Positions 8,821-19,368 of a stretch of 64,000 nt of DNA are shown one piece after another. Numbering within the stretch: the stretch's first letter is position 1; each line of letters opens with the position of its first letter. The stretch lies in the UHGV virus genome UHGV-0010228. The stretch is one strand, 5' to 3'. The notes under the pieces are model-generated. The model did not search any database, was not told the origin of the DNA, and worked only from the letters and a program-made list of their open reading frames with translations. The position numbers and the translations under genes were made by a program. The DNA is from a virus.

Positions 8821-10260
8821 AAAATCAACTACAAAGCAATCTTTAATTTTGGTTTTATTAAGATATTTCAAACGCTGCTTTAATTTTTTCTTACAATACG
8901 GAAATCCATTATCAGTTACAATAAAGTATATTGCATCTTTACCATCTTTTAATGGTCTGGATCTACCTGCAGCCTGATTATCTTCTACTTTATTACTTTG
9001 ATTTAATCCTACTACATAGCGTATATCATCAACATCAATACCTGTGCTAAATGATTTATATGTAGAGACAATAACATTTGCTTCATTCTTTGCAAATTCT
9101 TTTTCTTCTGCAGGTACTTTACTATGATATCTTCCAAATGTAAATTTATCTTTCCATACACCTTTAAGATACATTGTGATTTCATCTACATGCGCTATCT
9201 GGGTTACAAGTATTAATGCTCTGTGATCATCTTGAATAGCACTCATTATAAAATCTAGCACTTTAAATATAATACCTTTTCGAATTTGATATCGCATATA
9301 ATTATCAGCACTATATCCATATCTATTATATATTGCCATAGATTCTGCTGTTGATGGGTGACTATCATATGTAATATTGATGATCTTTGTATATTTCATT
9401 GTCTTACTAATATCTTCAGATGGAGTAATTATTTTACACTTATTAAAGATCTGATAATATAATTTTTCTTTCTTTCTATCTCCTTGAGCATAGTCTGCTG
9501 ACATATATATCGTTTTATCTACATTTGATAATGCATTTATCTTTACTATATTAGACATGTTACGATGACTCTCATCAAATATTAATAACCCTATACCAAA
9601 ACCATTCATGATTCTCTCTAATCTAGAATAATCTGTACGTTTAAGATATGATGTTATAATACCTGGTGTTGATAGATAAATATCGTAATCATTATATGCT
9701 TCTGGCTCTTCATATACTTTATCTAATATTTCTGATGATGAGATTATCATTATTTTATTAGAATCTTTATTAGTCTTATTAATAAATGTAGATTTCCATT
9801 GATTAAGAATTTCAGTTGAAAAGCATAGTATCATAGTTTTACACTGTAATACTGATGTTATATATACTCCTAATACAGTTTTACCAGATCCTGTTTGAGC
9901 ATTAACAAAGAATTCTTTATAATAATCGTCAAGTAATATTGATTCAGATATTTCACCCTGCATATCTCTTAATACAATATCGTTATTTAATTTAAAGAAT
10001 TGAGATTGCTTTTTAGATCTTGTAGATCGCATATTTCTTACAAGATAATCGCCAAAATTAAATGTTAGCATTTCCGATGATTGATTGTGGGTAATAAAAG
10101 CCGGTAATCCATTATAGTTATCAACATAGAATCCTGTAACTTCATTTCGTTTATGATATACTTTATCATATATTGAAGTTACATTTTCAAGAGTTCGACA
10201 CTGATGTTTTTTATATGGTGATATTATAGTGCCATTTTTTGATTTAATTATTTCTCCCAT
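8809..10260 (-). CDS. SF2 DNA helicase (DExH-box)
   Basis: Walker A AQTGSGKT, motif II LLIFDESH, motif VI QAAGRSRP; start chosen at internal ATG 10260 (RBS GAAAGGAAAA, promoter motif 31 nt upstream) rather than longest-ORF ATG 10290. Confidence 0.75.
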   Translation of the reverse strand: MGEIIKSKNGTIISPYKKHQCRTLENVTSIYDKVYHKRNEVTGFYVDNYNGLPAFITHNQSSEMLTFNFGDYLVRNMRSTRSKKQSQFFKLNNDIVLRDMQGEISESILLDDYYKEFFVNAQTGSGKTVLGVYITSVLQCKTMILCFSTEILNQWKSTFINKTNKDSNKIMIISSSEILDKVYEEPEAYNDYDIYLSTPGIITSYLKRTDYSRLERIMNGFGIGLLIFDESHRNMSNIVKINALSNVDKTIYMSADYAQGDRKKEKLYYQIFNKCKIITPSEDISKTMKYTKIINITYDSHPSTAESMAIYNRYGYSADNYMRYQIRKGIIFKVLDFIMSAIQDDHRALILVTQIAHVDEITMYLKGVWKDKFTFGRYHSKVPAEEKEFAKNEANVIVSTYKSFSTGIDVDDIRYVVGLNQSNKVEDNQAAGRSRPLKDGKDAIYFIVTDNGFPYCKKKLKQRLKYLNKTKIKDCFVVDFDSV

Positions 10261-10290
10261 AATATTTATTTTCCTTTCATAATAATCCAT

Positions 10291-10303
10291 CTAAATAATA
10301 TAT
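10291..10303 (-). promoter_or_regulatory. promoter-like motif ATATATTATTTAG
   Basis: 31 nt upstream of helicase ATG 10260. Confidence 0.6.
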
Positions 10304-10359
10304 CTTCTAATATAGATCAATCAAAAAACACAAACTTAAATGAGGGGAGGCGAATTTAA

Positions 10360-12510
10360 TTGTCAATTTATTCTAAGATTTTAGACTTATTGAAATATTA
10401 TCGAGATCGGCATTTTCGATTAAATACTATTGCTAAAGATAATCATATTATTAATGAAAATAAAACGATCAGTGAAATAGGTGAGACCTTTAGTACAATA
10501 ACTAAATTAACTCCTTCTAGATCTCCAGAATCAGTCTCACCAGAATTTCCATTAGGACATCAAACTATACATGATGATGGTACAAGAGTTAATGGTATTG
10601 GATTAGGATACGAATTCTGTATAACAACAGCTGATACTCCTCCTAATATAAGTAAAATATCATCTGACTGTATCTTTAGATACAGTCCTAACAAATCATA
10701 TTCTAACCGTAATGGTCAAGGAGGTTATATAACTCTTAGAAATAATTCGATAAAGTATAATAGTTTAGAAATTATAAGTAATTCTAATGGTATTGATAAA
10801 AACGCATATTATTCTTTATCACAACCCGGGCCTGAAAAATACCAGTTTAATCGCATATCTCGCGATCCAATTACATCATATAAAGTGGTGAATACTGTAG
10901 CCTGTAAAAACTACATGTGTTGGTCTAATGGGGACAATGCTGATCTGACAAATATCAACATCATGAGCTTAGATGGTGCGATAATACTCAGTAATTACCG
11001 TCCAACAAGCTCGGCTAACACCTATAATGAAATATTAGATATGAGTCCAGGAAACGATAATGAAGTTTATGTATTATATAGAATCAATAAAAATACTACA
11101 GGATCAAACTCATATTCAATAATGAAGATCAACACTGCTCCAACAACACCAAACAATATAATTATTTCTGAAACTATAATTGATAAATGTAGTTATTGCA
11201 ATTCAGAAATAAAATATACTGAAGTTAAAAATATTAGTGGATCGTCTGATGGGTGCTATGCGGGTGTTTATATAAAGAATTCCGCTTCAGGTTTTATTTA
11301 TATAAAGAATGATTCACATAAAGTTTATAAAAATGAAAGAGCTCCAGTTTCAACTGGGAATTTTAAAGTTTCATATTCAGTTTCATATAAACGATTTAAT
11401 ATATATTCAAATACGCTATCATTATTAGGGTTTACGTATTTTAATTATGAAATAATTGACTATTATGGAAATACTGATACTTTTTATATTCTATATACAA
11501 ATAACGATAAATATTTTATTAGAAAATATAGAATAAATTCTCCAGTAAGTACAACAGCTGAGTTTGTATTGGAATGGACAACATGTATTGATTTGCCATT
11601 TTACAATATTCATACTGCAAATAAAACTAATAATTGTTTTGTATCATTCGATAATGATAATATGTATATTGCTTATGATGGTATAACAACATTTATTGAT
11701 ATAACATCTGGACGCATAGTGTCTAAATGTTCTGGTCATGTTATATGCATCAATAAATCTAAATATACTGATATATTAGACGAAAATAACAGTATTTCAA
11801 CCTATAGCTTAGGAACTGTAACTTCATTTATATATGAGATCAATAGAAGTTTAGGTGGTTATCTTATTAGTAATGATGAAAACATTTATGTTTCACAAAA
11901 TTTAACTAATTGGAGCTATATTATAGATACAAAGTATAAAGTAAGCTCTAGGCGATTAATATTTATGGATAATAACGGTATTATATATATCGCAAATAAT
12001 ATTGGTTCTACATCTAATAATATTATATATTTAGATTTATATTCAATTGATGGGATATTCTTAACGAGTTTTAAATTACCATCACAATCAACATTTTCAT
12101 CTGACAACACATTCTTCATATGCACTAACAAAGAAAAGAGTTCAAATATTGATGTATATTTTATAAATTACACATCTGCATTTCATATAACGAATGCAAA
12201 TGAATATAAAGTTAATCAAACTACTAGTATTGAAGTGCCTAAACTGATTAGAGGGACTAGCGTGATCTCATCTAATAGGATTCAATTATTAAATTTGGAT
12301 TTTATCCCTGAAAAAGTAATTATATCAATAAACGATTCTGTTACTATTGAAAGTACATATAATGGAACCATTAAATCATCAGATTCAGATTTTGCATCAC
12401 TAAATGCAGATGGAATTAATAATAATAATGTAGATATAATTGTCCCAGAAAAATATAATGGATTTAATTATACGTATGCTATATTTGGTAGATATTGTAA
12501 ATCCGTATAA
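10360..12510 (+). CDS. hypothetical large N/S/T/Y-rich protein (possible surface-binding / structural)
   Basis: 716-aa ORF, TTG start with RBS GAGGGGAGG; composition typical of beta-rich fibre/propeller proteins; no catalytic motif recognised. Confidence 0.55.
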   Translation: MSIYSKILDLLKYYRDRHFRLNTIAKDNHIINENKTISEIGETFSTITKLTPSRSPESVSPEFPLGHQTIHDDGTRVNGIGLGYEFCITTADTPPNISKISSDCIFRYSPNKSYSNRNGQGGYITLRNNSIKYNSLEIISNSNGIDKNAYYSLSQPGPEKYQFNRISRDPITSYKVVNTVACKNYMCWSNGDNADLTNINIMSLDGAIILSNYRPTSSANTYNEILDMSPGNDNEVYVLYRINKNTTGSNSYSIMKINTAPTTPNNIIISETIIDKCSYCNSEIKYTEVKNISGSSDGCYAGVYIKNSASGFIYIKNDSHKVYKNERAPVSTGNFKVSYSVSYKRFNIYSNTLSLLGFTYFNYEIIDYYGNTDTFYILYTNNDKYFIRKYRINSPVSTTAEFVLEWTTCIDLPFYNIHTANKTNNCFVSFDNDNMYIAYDGITTFIDITSGRIVSKCSGHVICINKSKYTDILDENNSISTYSLGTVTSFIYEINRSLGGYLISNDENIYVSQNLTNWSYIIDTKYKVSSRRLIFMDNNGIIYIANNIGSTSNNIIYLDLYSIDGIFLTSFKLPSQSTFSSDNTFFICTNKEKSSNIDVYFINYTSAFHITNANEYKVNQTTSIEVPKLIRGTSVISSNRIQLLNLDFIPEKVIISINDSVTIESTYNGTIKSSDSDFASLNADGINNNNVDIIVPEKYNGFNYTYAIFGRYCKSV

Positions 12511-12555
12511 ATGTATTAACAGATCTTTATATTAAGAGGAGGACGATAGTCGTTT

Positions 12556-13080
12556 ATGAATTATTCGGTTATAAAAAAACATGATGTAGCAAATGGTCCT
12601 GGAGTTAGAGTTTCACTTTATGTGTCTGGATGTTCGCATCATTGTAAAAATTGTTTTAATCCTGAGACTTGGGATAAAAATTATGGTTCAATATTTACTT
12701 TAAAAGAAAGAATTGAAATAATTGATGCATTAAGACCTGATTATATTGAAGGTCTAACAATATTAGGCGGAGATCCAATTGAACCTTATAATATTTCTGA
12801 AGTTATTAAACTTATAAAGAGTGTAAAGGTTGTGTATCCAGATAAATCTATTTGGTTATATACTGGATATAAATTTGAAGATCTATTATCTGAGAAATTA
12901 ATCCCCGATCGTAGTATTAGAGATGATATTACAAGATATATTGATGTTATTGTAGATGGAGAGTTCGAAGAAGAAAATAAAGTTATTGATTTAAGATTTA
13001 GGGGATCTACAAATCAAAGAATCATCGATGTTAAAAAGAGTGTTAAAGAAGATTCCATTATATTATGGACAGATAAATAA
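12556..13080 (+). CDS. nrdG: anaerobic ribonucleotide reductase activating protein (radical SAM)
   Basis: N-terminal GPGVRVSLYVSGCSHHCKNC (CxxxCxxC cluster motif), size 174 aa; RBS AGGAGG. Confidence 0.85.
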   Translation: MNYSVIKKHDVANGPGVRVSLYVSGCSHHCKNCFNPETWDKNYGSIFTLKERIEIIDALRPDYIEGLTILGGDPIEPYNISEVIKLIKSVKVVYPDKSIWLYTGYKFEDLLSEKLIPDRSIRDDITRYIDVIVDGEFEEENKVIDLRFRGSTNQRIIDVKKSVKEDSIILWTDK

Positions 13081-13104
13081 GGATAATGCATATGCATTAT
13101 CCTT
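13079..13104. terminator. bidirectional palindromic terminator
   Basis: aaggataatgca-ta-tgcattatcctt between convergent nrdG and DHFR genes. Confidence 0.7.
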
Positions 13105-13111
13105 ATTAATT

Positions 13112-13654
13112 TTACATAATCCGCTTATATACAAAATTGTGATATAAGTGACCATTAGCATCAACTTTCTGAGGATCATCTGGATTTTCACACTCCCATC
13201 TTGGATCTTTATTAGTAATAAGATTCATAAATAGATTTACAAATGTATCACAAGCACCATTTACATTTGTAAATTTTGTTAAATAAACTTTTTCAGCATC
13301 ATTTGCGAATGCATCATATAATGTAGCCCCTCCAATAATCCAAACATCACCATATTCAAGATATGTGTCGATAAGATCTCTAAGAGCAGATTCATTGTTA
13401 ACAAATATTGACATAGTTTTCTCATCTTCAATTTGATTACAAGGCCTATATTTAGTAGATATAACAACATTCGTTCTATTCTTTAATGGTTTAGAACCTA
13501 TAGATTCCCAGGTTTTTCTACCCATAACTACTACTGATCCTGTAGTCATCATTTTAAAATATTTTAAATCTTCAGGTGATTTACAAAAGAGCTCACCTTT
13601 ATTACCAATACCGCCTATAACATTAGACGCTGCTATCATTTTAATTGTTCCCAT
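13112..13654 (-). CDS. folA: dihydrofolate reductase
   Basis: MIAASNVIGGIG...VVMGRKTWESIG...IIGGATLY signature of DHFR; RBS AAGGAG. Confidence 0.85.
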   Translation of the reverse strand: MGTIKMIAASNVIGGIGNKGELFCKSPEDLKYFKMMTTGSVVVMGRKTWESIGSKPLKNRTNVVISTKYRPCNQIEDEKTMSIFVNNESALRDLIDTYLEYGDVWIIGGATLYDAFANDAEKVYLTKFTNVNGACDTFVNLFMNLITNKDPRWECENPDDPQKVDANGHLYHNFVYKRIM

Positions 13655-13665
13655 TTTATTCTCCT

Positions 13666-14526
13666 TTATTCTGCCACTGGAATATTTTTTATCTGAGGGT
13701 TTGCCTCATAATTTGGAATATGAATATCATCTATAGTAAAATCATAAAAATCCTTTATATCAGGATTAATTAGTACTTGTGGCGCTGGATAAGTTTTTCT
13801 AGATATCATTTCTTTTACGATTGGTATGTGTCTATCATAAATATGTGCATCCGCAATACAATGAATTAGTGTACCAGCTTCATAACCAGTAACCTGTGCT
13901 AATAATTTTAATAATAACGAATACTGAAATACATTAAATGCATTTGCAACTAATACATCTTGTGATCTTTGATTTAATATAGCATTTAATTTATTTCCAG
14001 TAACATTAAATGTCATACTATAAGCGCATGGTGCTAAATTCATTTCATGTAGATCTTCAAAATTATATATATTAGTTATCATACGTCTACTCTGTGGAGT
14101 ATTCTTTAATTGCCATATGATATTATCAACCTGATCCATTTCTCCCTGTGGGAATAAATATTTCTTACCTAATTGATACCCATAGGCTTTACCTATAGTA
14201 CCATCTTCGCCTTCCCACTGATCCCATATATGATTTCCTAATTCCGAAACCTTATTGGATTTCTTCTGCCATATCCATAATAATTCTTGTGTTGCAGTTT
14301 TCCATGCGGTTGGTCTTAGTGTGCATAATGGCATTTCTTTACCAACATCATAGACATTTACTGCACCAAATATTTTTATAGTATGGGCTGGTGTTCCATC
14401 TTCCCATTTAGCTCTAACAACTGACCCTTCAGTTGAATATCCGTAATCAATAATATGATTACATAACGTAATTAAGCTATCATCATATTTACTCATTTTA
14501 TTAACCTCCTTAAAATAAGTATCCAT
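13666..14526 (-). CDS. thyA: thymidylate synthase (ThyA family)
   Basis: active-site LAPCA...NQRSQDVLVANAFNVFQYSLL matches TS motifs (catalytic Cys, substrate Asn retained); adjacent to DHFR as in T4 frd-td. Confidence 0.8.
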   Translation of the reverse strand: MDTYFKEVNKMSKYDDSLITLCNHIIDYGYSTEGSVVRAKWEDGTPAHTIKIFGAVNVYDVGKEMPLCTLRPTAWKTATQELLWIWQKKSNKVSELGNHIWDQWEGEDGTIGKAYGYQLGKKYLFPQGEMDQVDNIIWQLKNTPQSRRMITNIYNFEDLHEMNLAPCAYSMTFNVTGNKLNAILNQRSQDVLVANAFNVFQYSLLLKLLAQVTGYEAGTLIHCIADAHIYDRHIPIVKEMISRKTYPAPQVLINPDIKDFYDFTIDDIHIPNYEANPQIKNIPVAE

Positions 14527-14589
14527 ATAACTTTATAGATAAGTTAGATAAGGAATACTAAAAAACAAAATCGTAATTTTATAGAAAGG

Positions 14590-15810
14590 GTGGGTAAAGA
14601 CATGGATACTATCCCTGAAAATTTAAAAAAAGAACTATTAGCACTAGATGCTAAAACTATAACAGTTTCTCAGATATCATCTTTATTTGGTTATACAATG
14701 GATAAAGAATCTGGAGATCCTTTTAAAGTTAAACCTCCGAAATTTGATACTACATGGAAAATGCATTTAAATGCCGGAGAATATATCAACAAAGAAGCTG
14801 TAGATACTCATGTTGGAATATTTTTATTTAATAAACTTCTTATTGAGGGAAATGTTGAAGATGCAATTCCAAATGGTTACTATAATGAAGTAATGACCGC
14901 AAAGAAAATGAAAAAGTTACTTTCAATGATTGCAAATGCCTTATTAAATAATATTGTAACAATAAAGCCTCAAGTATATCATTTTCTAAGAAATTATGAA
15001 TTTTGGTCTCTTAAATTAGTATCTATATTCTCTGCATCATATACGCCTAAGTTATTAGATATGAACACTAAAATTGAGGCTGAAAAGAAGAGAGTTCTGA
15101 ATGATCTCGATTCAATGACTATGGTTGATATGGTAAATGCTGAAGATAAGTTAGTTGATATGGCTAACCAGGTAGTTGGAAACGATCCAGGTAAGGCAAT
15201 ATTTAATTCTGGAGCAAGAGGTTCATTTGAAAACGACTATAAGAACATGATGTTATCTGTAGGACCTACAATGAATCCAACTACAGGGGAATACGATTTT
15301 ATCAAATCTTCTTATTTAGGTGGTATTAGCAAAGAGGATTTAGCTGCCGCAGGAAATATAATTATTAATGCAGAATATCCTAAAGCAATTGGTACTGCTA
15401 AAGGTGGATACTTGGTAAAGCAGTTCTATGCAGTATTTCAGAATGTAGTCTTCGGAGAACCAGGCTCTGATTGTAAAACTAAAGAAGGACTTATAGTAAA
15501 GATTGATAATGATAATGTAAATGAGTATATCGATCAATATGCATTTGGTAAAAGTGGGCCAGTTTTAATTACTGAAGAAAATGCAAAGAATTGGATTGGT
15601 AGAACTATAAAAATTAGATCACCGATGTTTTGTACTGCAGAGCATATTTGTAATAAGTGTGCTGGAGAGAGATTTTATAAATTAGGAATTAGAAATGCAG
15701 GATTAACTGCAATAAATATTGGTTCTAAAATCTTAAATGCCGGAATGAAAAACCGTCACTCTCTTAAAATTAAACTCGATACGGTTGATATTAATAAGGT
15801 GCTAAAATAG
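14590..15810 (+). CDS. multisubunit RNA polymerase beta-prime subunit, C-terminal half (copy A)
   Basis: SGARGS..., AIGTAKGGYLVKQFYAVFQNVV...DCKT (bridge helix region F) and CNKCAGERF...GLTAINIGSKI...RHS (trigger loop region G), compared with E. coli RpoC as recalled from memory. Confidence 0.75.
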   Translation: MGKDMDTIPENLKKELLALDAKTITVSQISSLFGYTMDKESGDPFKVKPPKFDTTWKMHLNAGEYINKEAVDTHVGIFLFNKLLIEGNVEDAIPNGYYNEVMTAKKMKKLLSMIANALLNNIVTIKPQVYHFLRNYEFWSLKLVSIFSASYTPKLLDMNTKIEAEKKRVLNDLDSMTMVDMVNAEDKLVDMANQVVGNDPGKAIFNSGARGSFENDYKNMMLSVGPTMNPTTGEYDFIKSSYLGGISKEDLAAAGNIIINAEYPKAIGTAKGGYLVKQFYAVFQNVVFGEPGSDCKTKEGLIVKIDNDNVNEYIDQYAFGKSGPVLITEENAKNWIGRTIKIRSPMFCTAEHICNKCAGERFYKLGIRNAGLTAINIGSKILNAGMKNRHSLKIKLDTVDINKVLK

Positions 15811-15821
15811 GAGGTTTAATT

Positions 15822-16007
15822 ATGATAAAAAATGATTCATTAAAGGATATGATGTTTCAAACATCAGCATTCGCACAACTATGTGAAAGATCACGAAATA
15901 AGCAGAATCGGCCATTATCAAATGGATCTACCAGAGTACAAGAATCAACAGAGGCTATTAATAATTTAATAGGTCATTGCATTAAGTATTCAAAAAAATA
16001 TATTTAA
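15822..16007 (+). CDS. small hypothetical protein
   Basis: 61-aa ORF with RBS GGAGG 7 nt upstream. Confidence 0.4.
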   Translation: MIKNDSLKDMMFQTSAFAQLCERSRNKQNRPLSNGSTRVQESTEAINNLIGHCIKYSKKYI

Positions 16008-16010
16008 TAA

Positions 16011-16042
16011 ATAGGATATGAACTTTAAAGTTCATATCCTAT
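16011..16042. terminator. bidirectional hairpin terminator
   Basis: ataggatatgaac-tttaaa-gttcatatcctat between convergent genes. Confidence 0.7.
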
Positions 16043-16049
16043 AATATTT

Positions 16050-18065
16050 TTATACATATTTAGCTAATACAGGGGCATACATTGTATCGAGATGTGATGG
16101 GGCACTCTTCTTATATAATTCAGTAGATAAGATTTGTCTCTTTAAGAATCCGTATGGCATACTAACTAATGCACTTGGATGATACTGTAAAGCAGTATCA
16201 AGTCTTAATATTTGATAATCATTAGGATCTCCATTAGCACTAAAATCTGGAAATTCTAATATATTAGATTTCTTTCTTAAAAGTCCTCTAATGATTAATT
16301 CACCATGAACTAAATCATATTTCTGACCCATACTTATTAATGATTCTGCAAATTTCTGACACATCTCGCTAACAGTTCTTACTCCCATATGCTCGTTGGT
16401 ATTTAAGAGTTTCTTAAATATTTCAATAGGTTCTGTCAGCTCTTTATTCTTAACCTCAACTAAGAATAAAGACATTGTTTCATCAAAATTCTCTAATGAT
16501 ATAGGAGTAGATTTATCACGAAGCTTTTTATATTGATCAATAATCTGATCGTTGAGATATAACTTAGCTTCACTTTCTTCATATATATGATATATCTCAT
16601 TATTAGCTGCATCTTGTATTTTAAATCCATATGTATAATAGAAAATTTTATCGTCTAATTCTTCTTCTATTACATCATCTAATACAATATACAAATCAGC
16701 ATCAAGATCTGAATCTTCTTTAAGACTCATTTCAGATGATTCTAATTCAAATAATTCATCAAATCCTTTACTGAATTTAATCTGATTAGAATGTGTAGTC
16801 TGAGAATGCTTTGTTGATAATACACCTTGCTGTGCTGGCTCTGATTCTTTAAGTGCAGCAATTGCACCTACACTAAACAAACTTGAATTAATATCAAATA
16901 ATTTACCATAGCAGTATTTACAAATGCCATCTTTACCACAGCATGTTGCCGGTGATTTAAACCTAACAATCTTACCAATAAGATCTTTATCTTTCTTATA
17001 ATCAACGCATTTTAAATGACCATGACTATCATAATAGAATCGACCATTTAATAATGATAAGAAATTGTCATCTAATATATGATAATCAACCGTTGCAACA
17101 CTATTACACATCTCACCTGACTGTGATAATATACCTGATGAAGTTGAAACCTGACATAATTTCTTAGCGAATGCACCCGGAATTCCCATTCCCTGCTTAA
17201 CAGCAATTAATGCTTTTCTACCTGACAGTGCATTAATATAGAATAATGATGGCTTATATAATCCGTCTAATAAGAATGATCCATTTATCATTACCGGAAT
17301 TACGTTGCCTGATAAGTCAGCTTTAAGTCCTATCTTAATCATAAACTCTTTTAACTGTGCAGGTTTTATTCCAGCACCAGATGCGTATGAAGATCTAAAA
17401 TCATTATCTTTACCAGGTTCTGCAGGTAAATCATTCTTCATTATATCAATTAATCTTGAAGTACGTCTACTTAACTCATCTTCAATCTCATTAGGCTCAA
17501 GAGTTTCATCAACATCTTTATACATTATATCATGAACTTCAGGTATACGCTTTTCTAAATCATATATGTTATGAATTGACACACCGTTACCAATCAATAA
17601 ACAAAAAGCATGAGCTATAGCAATGATTGAATAATATATATCATCAATCATTGTATTCTTTGATGCAAAGTCATCATCATTTATTGGTAGTAACTTTTCA
17701 TTTATATATTCTAATAAAGTTATTGAACTGAATTTAGTAAAATCAAATATATATGATTCATCTAATAATTCTACTTTATCCATATATATAAATGGTTTCC
17801 ACAATATTAAGTTAGATAGTAAATGACGAAGTTCCATAGTTTTAAATTCTTTATCTTCAGAATGGAATTTATAATGAACTAATCTACTTCTAATTTCCTT
17901 GTACTCAAACCCATATTTGAGTATATCTAATAGATCCTGAAAGATTACATTGTAAGTTTTATTGGATTCCAATATTTCTTCAATAATCAGAAAATGCTCA
18001 TCGTTATAAATTGCATCTAATTCTTCTGGAGTTTTCTTTGGATGCCCATTAAAGTCAATTTTCAT
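16050..18065 (-). CDS. multisubunit RNA polymerase beta-prime subunit, C-terminal half (copy B, paralogue)
   Basis: SGAGIKPAQLKEF...GRKALIAVKQGMGIPGAFAKKL (bridge helix) and CKYCYGKLF...GAIAALKESEPAQQGVLSTKHS (trigger loop, cf E. coli CAHCYGRDLARG...GEPGTQLTMRTFH); start at ATG 18065 with RBS GGGAGG. Confidence 0.75.
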   Translation of the reverse strand: MKIDFNGHPKKTPEELDAIYNDEHFLIIEEILESNKTYNVIFQDLLDILKYGFEYKEIRSRLVHYKFHSEDKEFKTMELRHLLSNLILWKPFIYMDKVELLDESYIFDFTKFSSITLLEYINEKLLPINDDDFASKNTMIDDIYYSIIAIAHAFCLLIGNGVSIHNIYDLEKRIPEVHDIMYKDVDETLEPNEIEDELSRRTSRLIDIMKNDLPAEPGKDNDFRSSYASGAGIKPAQLKEFMIKIGLKADLSGNVIPVMINGSFLLDGLYKPSLFYINALSGRKALIAVKQGMGIPGAFAKKLCQVSTSSGILSQSGEMCNSVATVDYHILDDNFLSLLNGRFYYDSHGHLKCVDYKKDKDLIGKIVRFKSPATCCGKDGICKYCYGKLFDINSSLFSVGAIAALKESEPAQQGVLSTKHSQTTHSNQIKFSKGFDELFELESSEMSLKEDSDLDADLYIVLDDVIEEELDDKIFYYTYGFKIQDAANNEIYHIYEESEAKLYLNDQIIDQYKKLRDKSTPISLENFDETMSLFLVEVKNKELTEPIEIFKKLLNTNEHMGVRTVSEMCQKFAESLISMGQKYDLVHGELIIRGLLRKKSNILEFPDFSANGDPNDYQILRLDTALQYHPSALVSMPYGFLKRQILSTELYKKSAPSHLDTMYAPVLAKYV

Positions 18066-18316
18066 TTTTCTTTTTCCTCCCAGCAAATAATAACATCATC
18101 ACTTCTATCATCAGTATTATTAGTATACAATACAACATTATATTTACATTTATCTTTTAATGATAAATCCTCTATGGGATATACATTAACACAATCATAA
18201 AAAGCACCATTACCGGGAATATTTGGCTGATTATTATAATATTCCATTTCAACAGTATAAGTTAATTGTGAATACGATAAACTCGTAAACAGTGTAAATA
18301 ATAATAAAGTTTTCAT
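18062..18316 (-). CDS. small secreted protein (signal peptide)
   Basis: MKTLLLFTLFTSLSYSQ hydrophobic N-terminus; RBS GAGGA; stop overlaps RNAP gene ATG (ATGA). Confidence 0.45.
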   Translation of the reverse strand: MKTLLLFTLFTSLSYSQLTYTVEMEYYNNQPNIPGNGAFYDCVNVYPIEDLSLKDKCKYNVVLYTNNTDDRSDDVIICWEEKEK

Positions 18317-18341
18317 ATTATTGTCCTCAATTGTCATGATA

Positions 18342-18377
18342 AAAGCGATATACTATCAATTGATAGTATATCGCTTT
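18342..18377. terminator. 36-bp perfect palindrome terminator
   Basis: aaagcgatatactatcaa-ttgatagtatatcgcttt followed by T-rich tract. Confidence 0.7.
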
Positions 18378-18402
18378 GTTTTTGTTATTTTAAGATTCTA
18401 GG

Positions 18403-19302
18403 TTATTCAATTACAACTTTACCATCTTTCCAATCAACTTTCTTACCAAGAGCTTCGGCAATCTGTCTGATTGAGCAATAATTGGTACCATTTCCTTTGA
18501 AGCCTTTAATCTTCATATCTTTGCCATTAACACGAACATTAACTTCTCCGACATCGATAATCGGTGTACTGCCGGATGATGTGACACTTAAGCCAAGACC
18601 TTCACCGATTGGTCTGACCGCAAGATAGTTGGATCCCTCCTTCATAATACCCTTGACTGTAACTTCTTTACCAAGTAATATTATTTTACGATCTTCTACC
18701 ACTTCGTCATCCACCTCCTTTGTTGGTGTTGCTGATGTCTTTCCATTATATGCATCTGCAAGTTTCTTTTTGAACGCTTTCCAATTTGCTTCGCCTGCTG
18801 CAGTGTAGCACATTGGCTCCGGACATCTCTTTGCAGTTACATCATAATGTCTATAAACGTTTTCTAATGGAATATTATATTTTTTCATTAAATATACTCC
18901 CAACTCAATCGCATTTGCTTGAGTTTCTTCAGGAATATAATAATGCCCTTTACCTACGACTGGATTTGGAGTTGTTGATCTAGATACCATTTCAATAGAT
19001 ATTGAATTAGTATTGGTAATTTTACCTTTCATCTTACCGATACCCTTATCACCAACTGAATATCCAACATTCGTATCAGGTACACAATTGTATACAGTCT
19101 TACTATTATCAACACAGTAATGTGCAGAAGCTGCTCTAGGACTATTCTTAAAGTAATTTGCATTACCTTTAGCTGTTGCATTCTTTCCAGAAGCAGTGGT
19201 TCCATTAGCAGTATAATGATAAATCAGATACTTTGGCGTTCCTCTTTGTCCGCCATAATATTTAGCTCTTATTGAGGAGTCTATCTTTAGTGTGAGTGCC
19301 AT
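18403..19302 (-). CDS. endolysin: N-acetylmuramoyl-L-alanine amidase (Amidase_2/PGRP) with Cu_amine_oxidN1-type cell-wall-binding repeats
   Basis: YHYTA..HYCVD amidase_2 motifs; two C-terminal repeats ending KVDWKDGKVVIE typical of Cu_amine_oxidN1 domains of Clostridia/Bacilli; RBS AGGAGG. Confidence 0.8.
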   Translation of the reverse strand: MALTLKIDSSIRAKYYGGQRGTPKYLIYHYTANGTTASGKNATAKGNANYFKNSPRAASAHYCVDNSKTVYNCVPDTNVGYSVGDKGIGKMKGKITNTNSISIEMVSRSTTPNPVVGKGHYYIPEETQANAIELGVYLMKKYNIPLENVYRHYDVTAKRCPEPMCYTAAGEANWKAFKKKLADAYNGKTSATPTKEVDDEVVEDRKIILLGKEVTVKGIMKEGSNYLAVRPIGEGLGLSVTSSGSTPIIDVGEVNVRVNGKDMKIKGFKGNGTNYCSIRQIAEALGKKVDWKDGKVVIE

Positions 19303-19326
19303 GTCAATCCTCCTTTCATAAAATAT

Positions 19327-19356
19327 AGGTTAATGTAGTATATACTACATTAACCT
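19327..19356. terminator. hairpin terminator
   Basis: aggttaatgtagta-tat-actacattaacct. Confidence 0.65.
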
Positions 19357-19368
19357 AATTGTTAGTTA

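Noticed and set aside
10261-10290. Longest-ORF starts for several genes (10290, 22040, 27124, 32927, 18086, 40407, 43412)
   Set aside because: Internal ATG or GTG codons have canonical RBS spacing and sit downstream of the conserved promoter motif. The longest ORFs would include the 5'UTR and promoter.
13666-14526. Calling the ThyA homologue a dCMP hydroxymethylase (T4 gp42-like)
   Set aside because: The substrate-specifying Asn of thymidylate synthase is retained (AFNVFQY), not the Asp of dCMP hydroxymethylases. A dUMP-specific enzyme is more likely.
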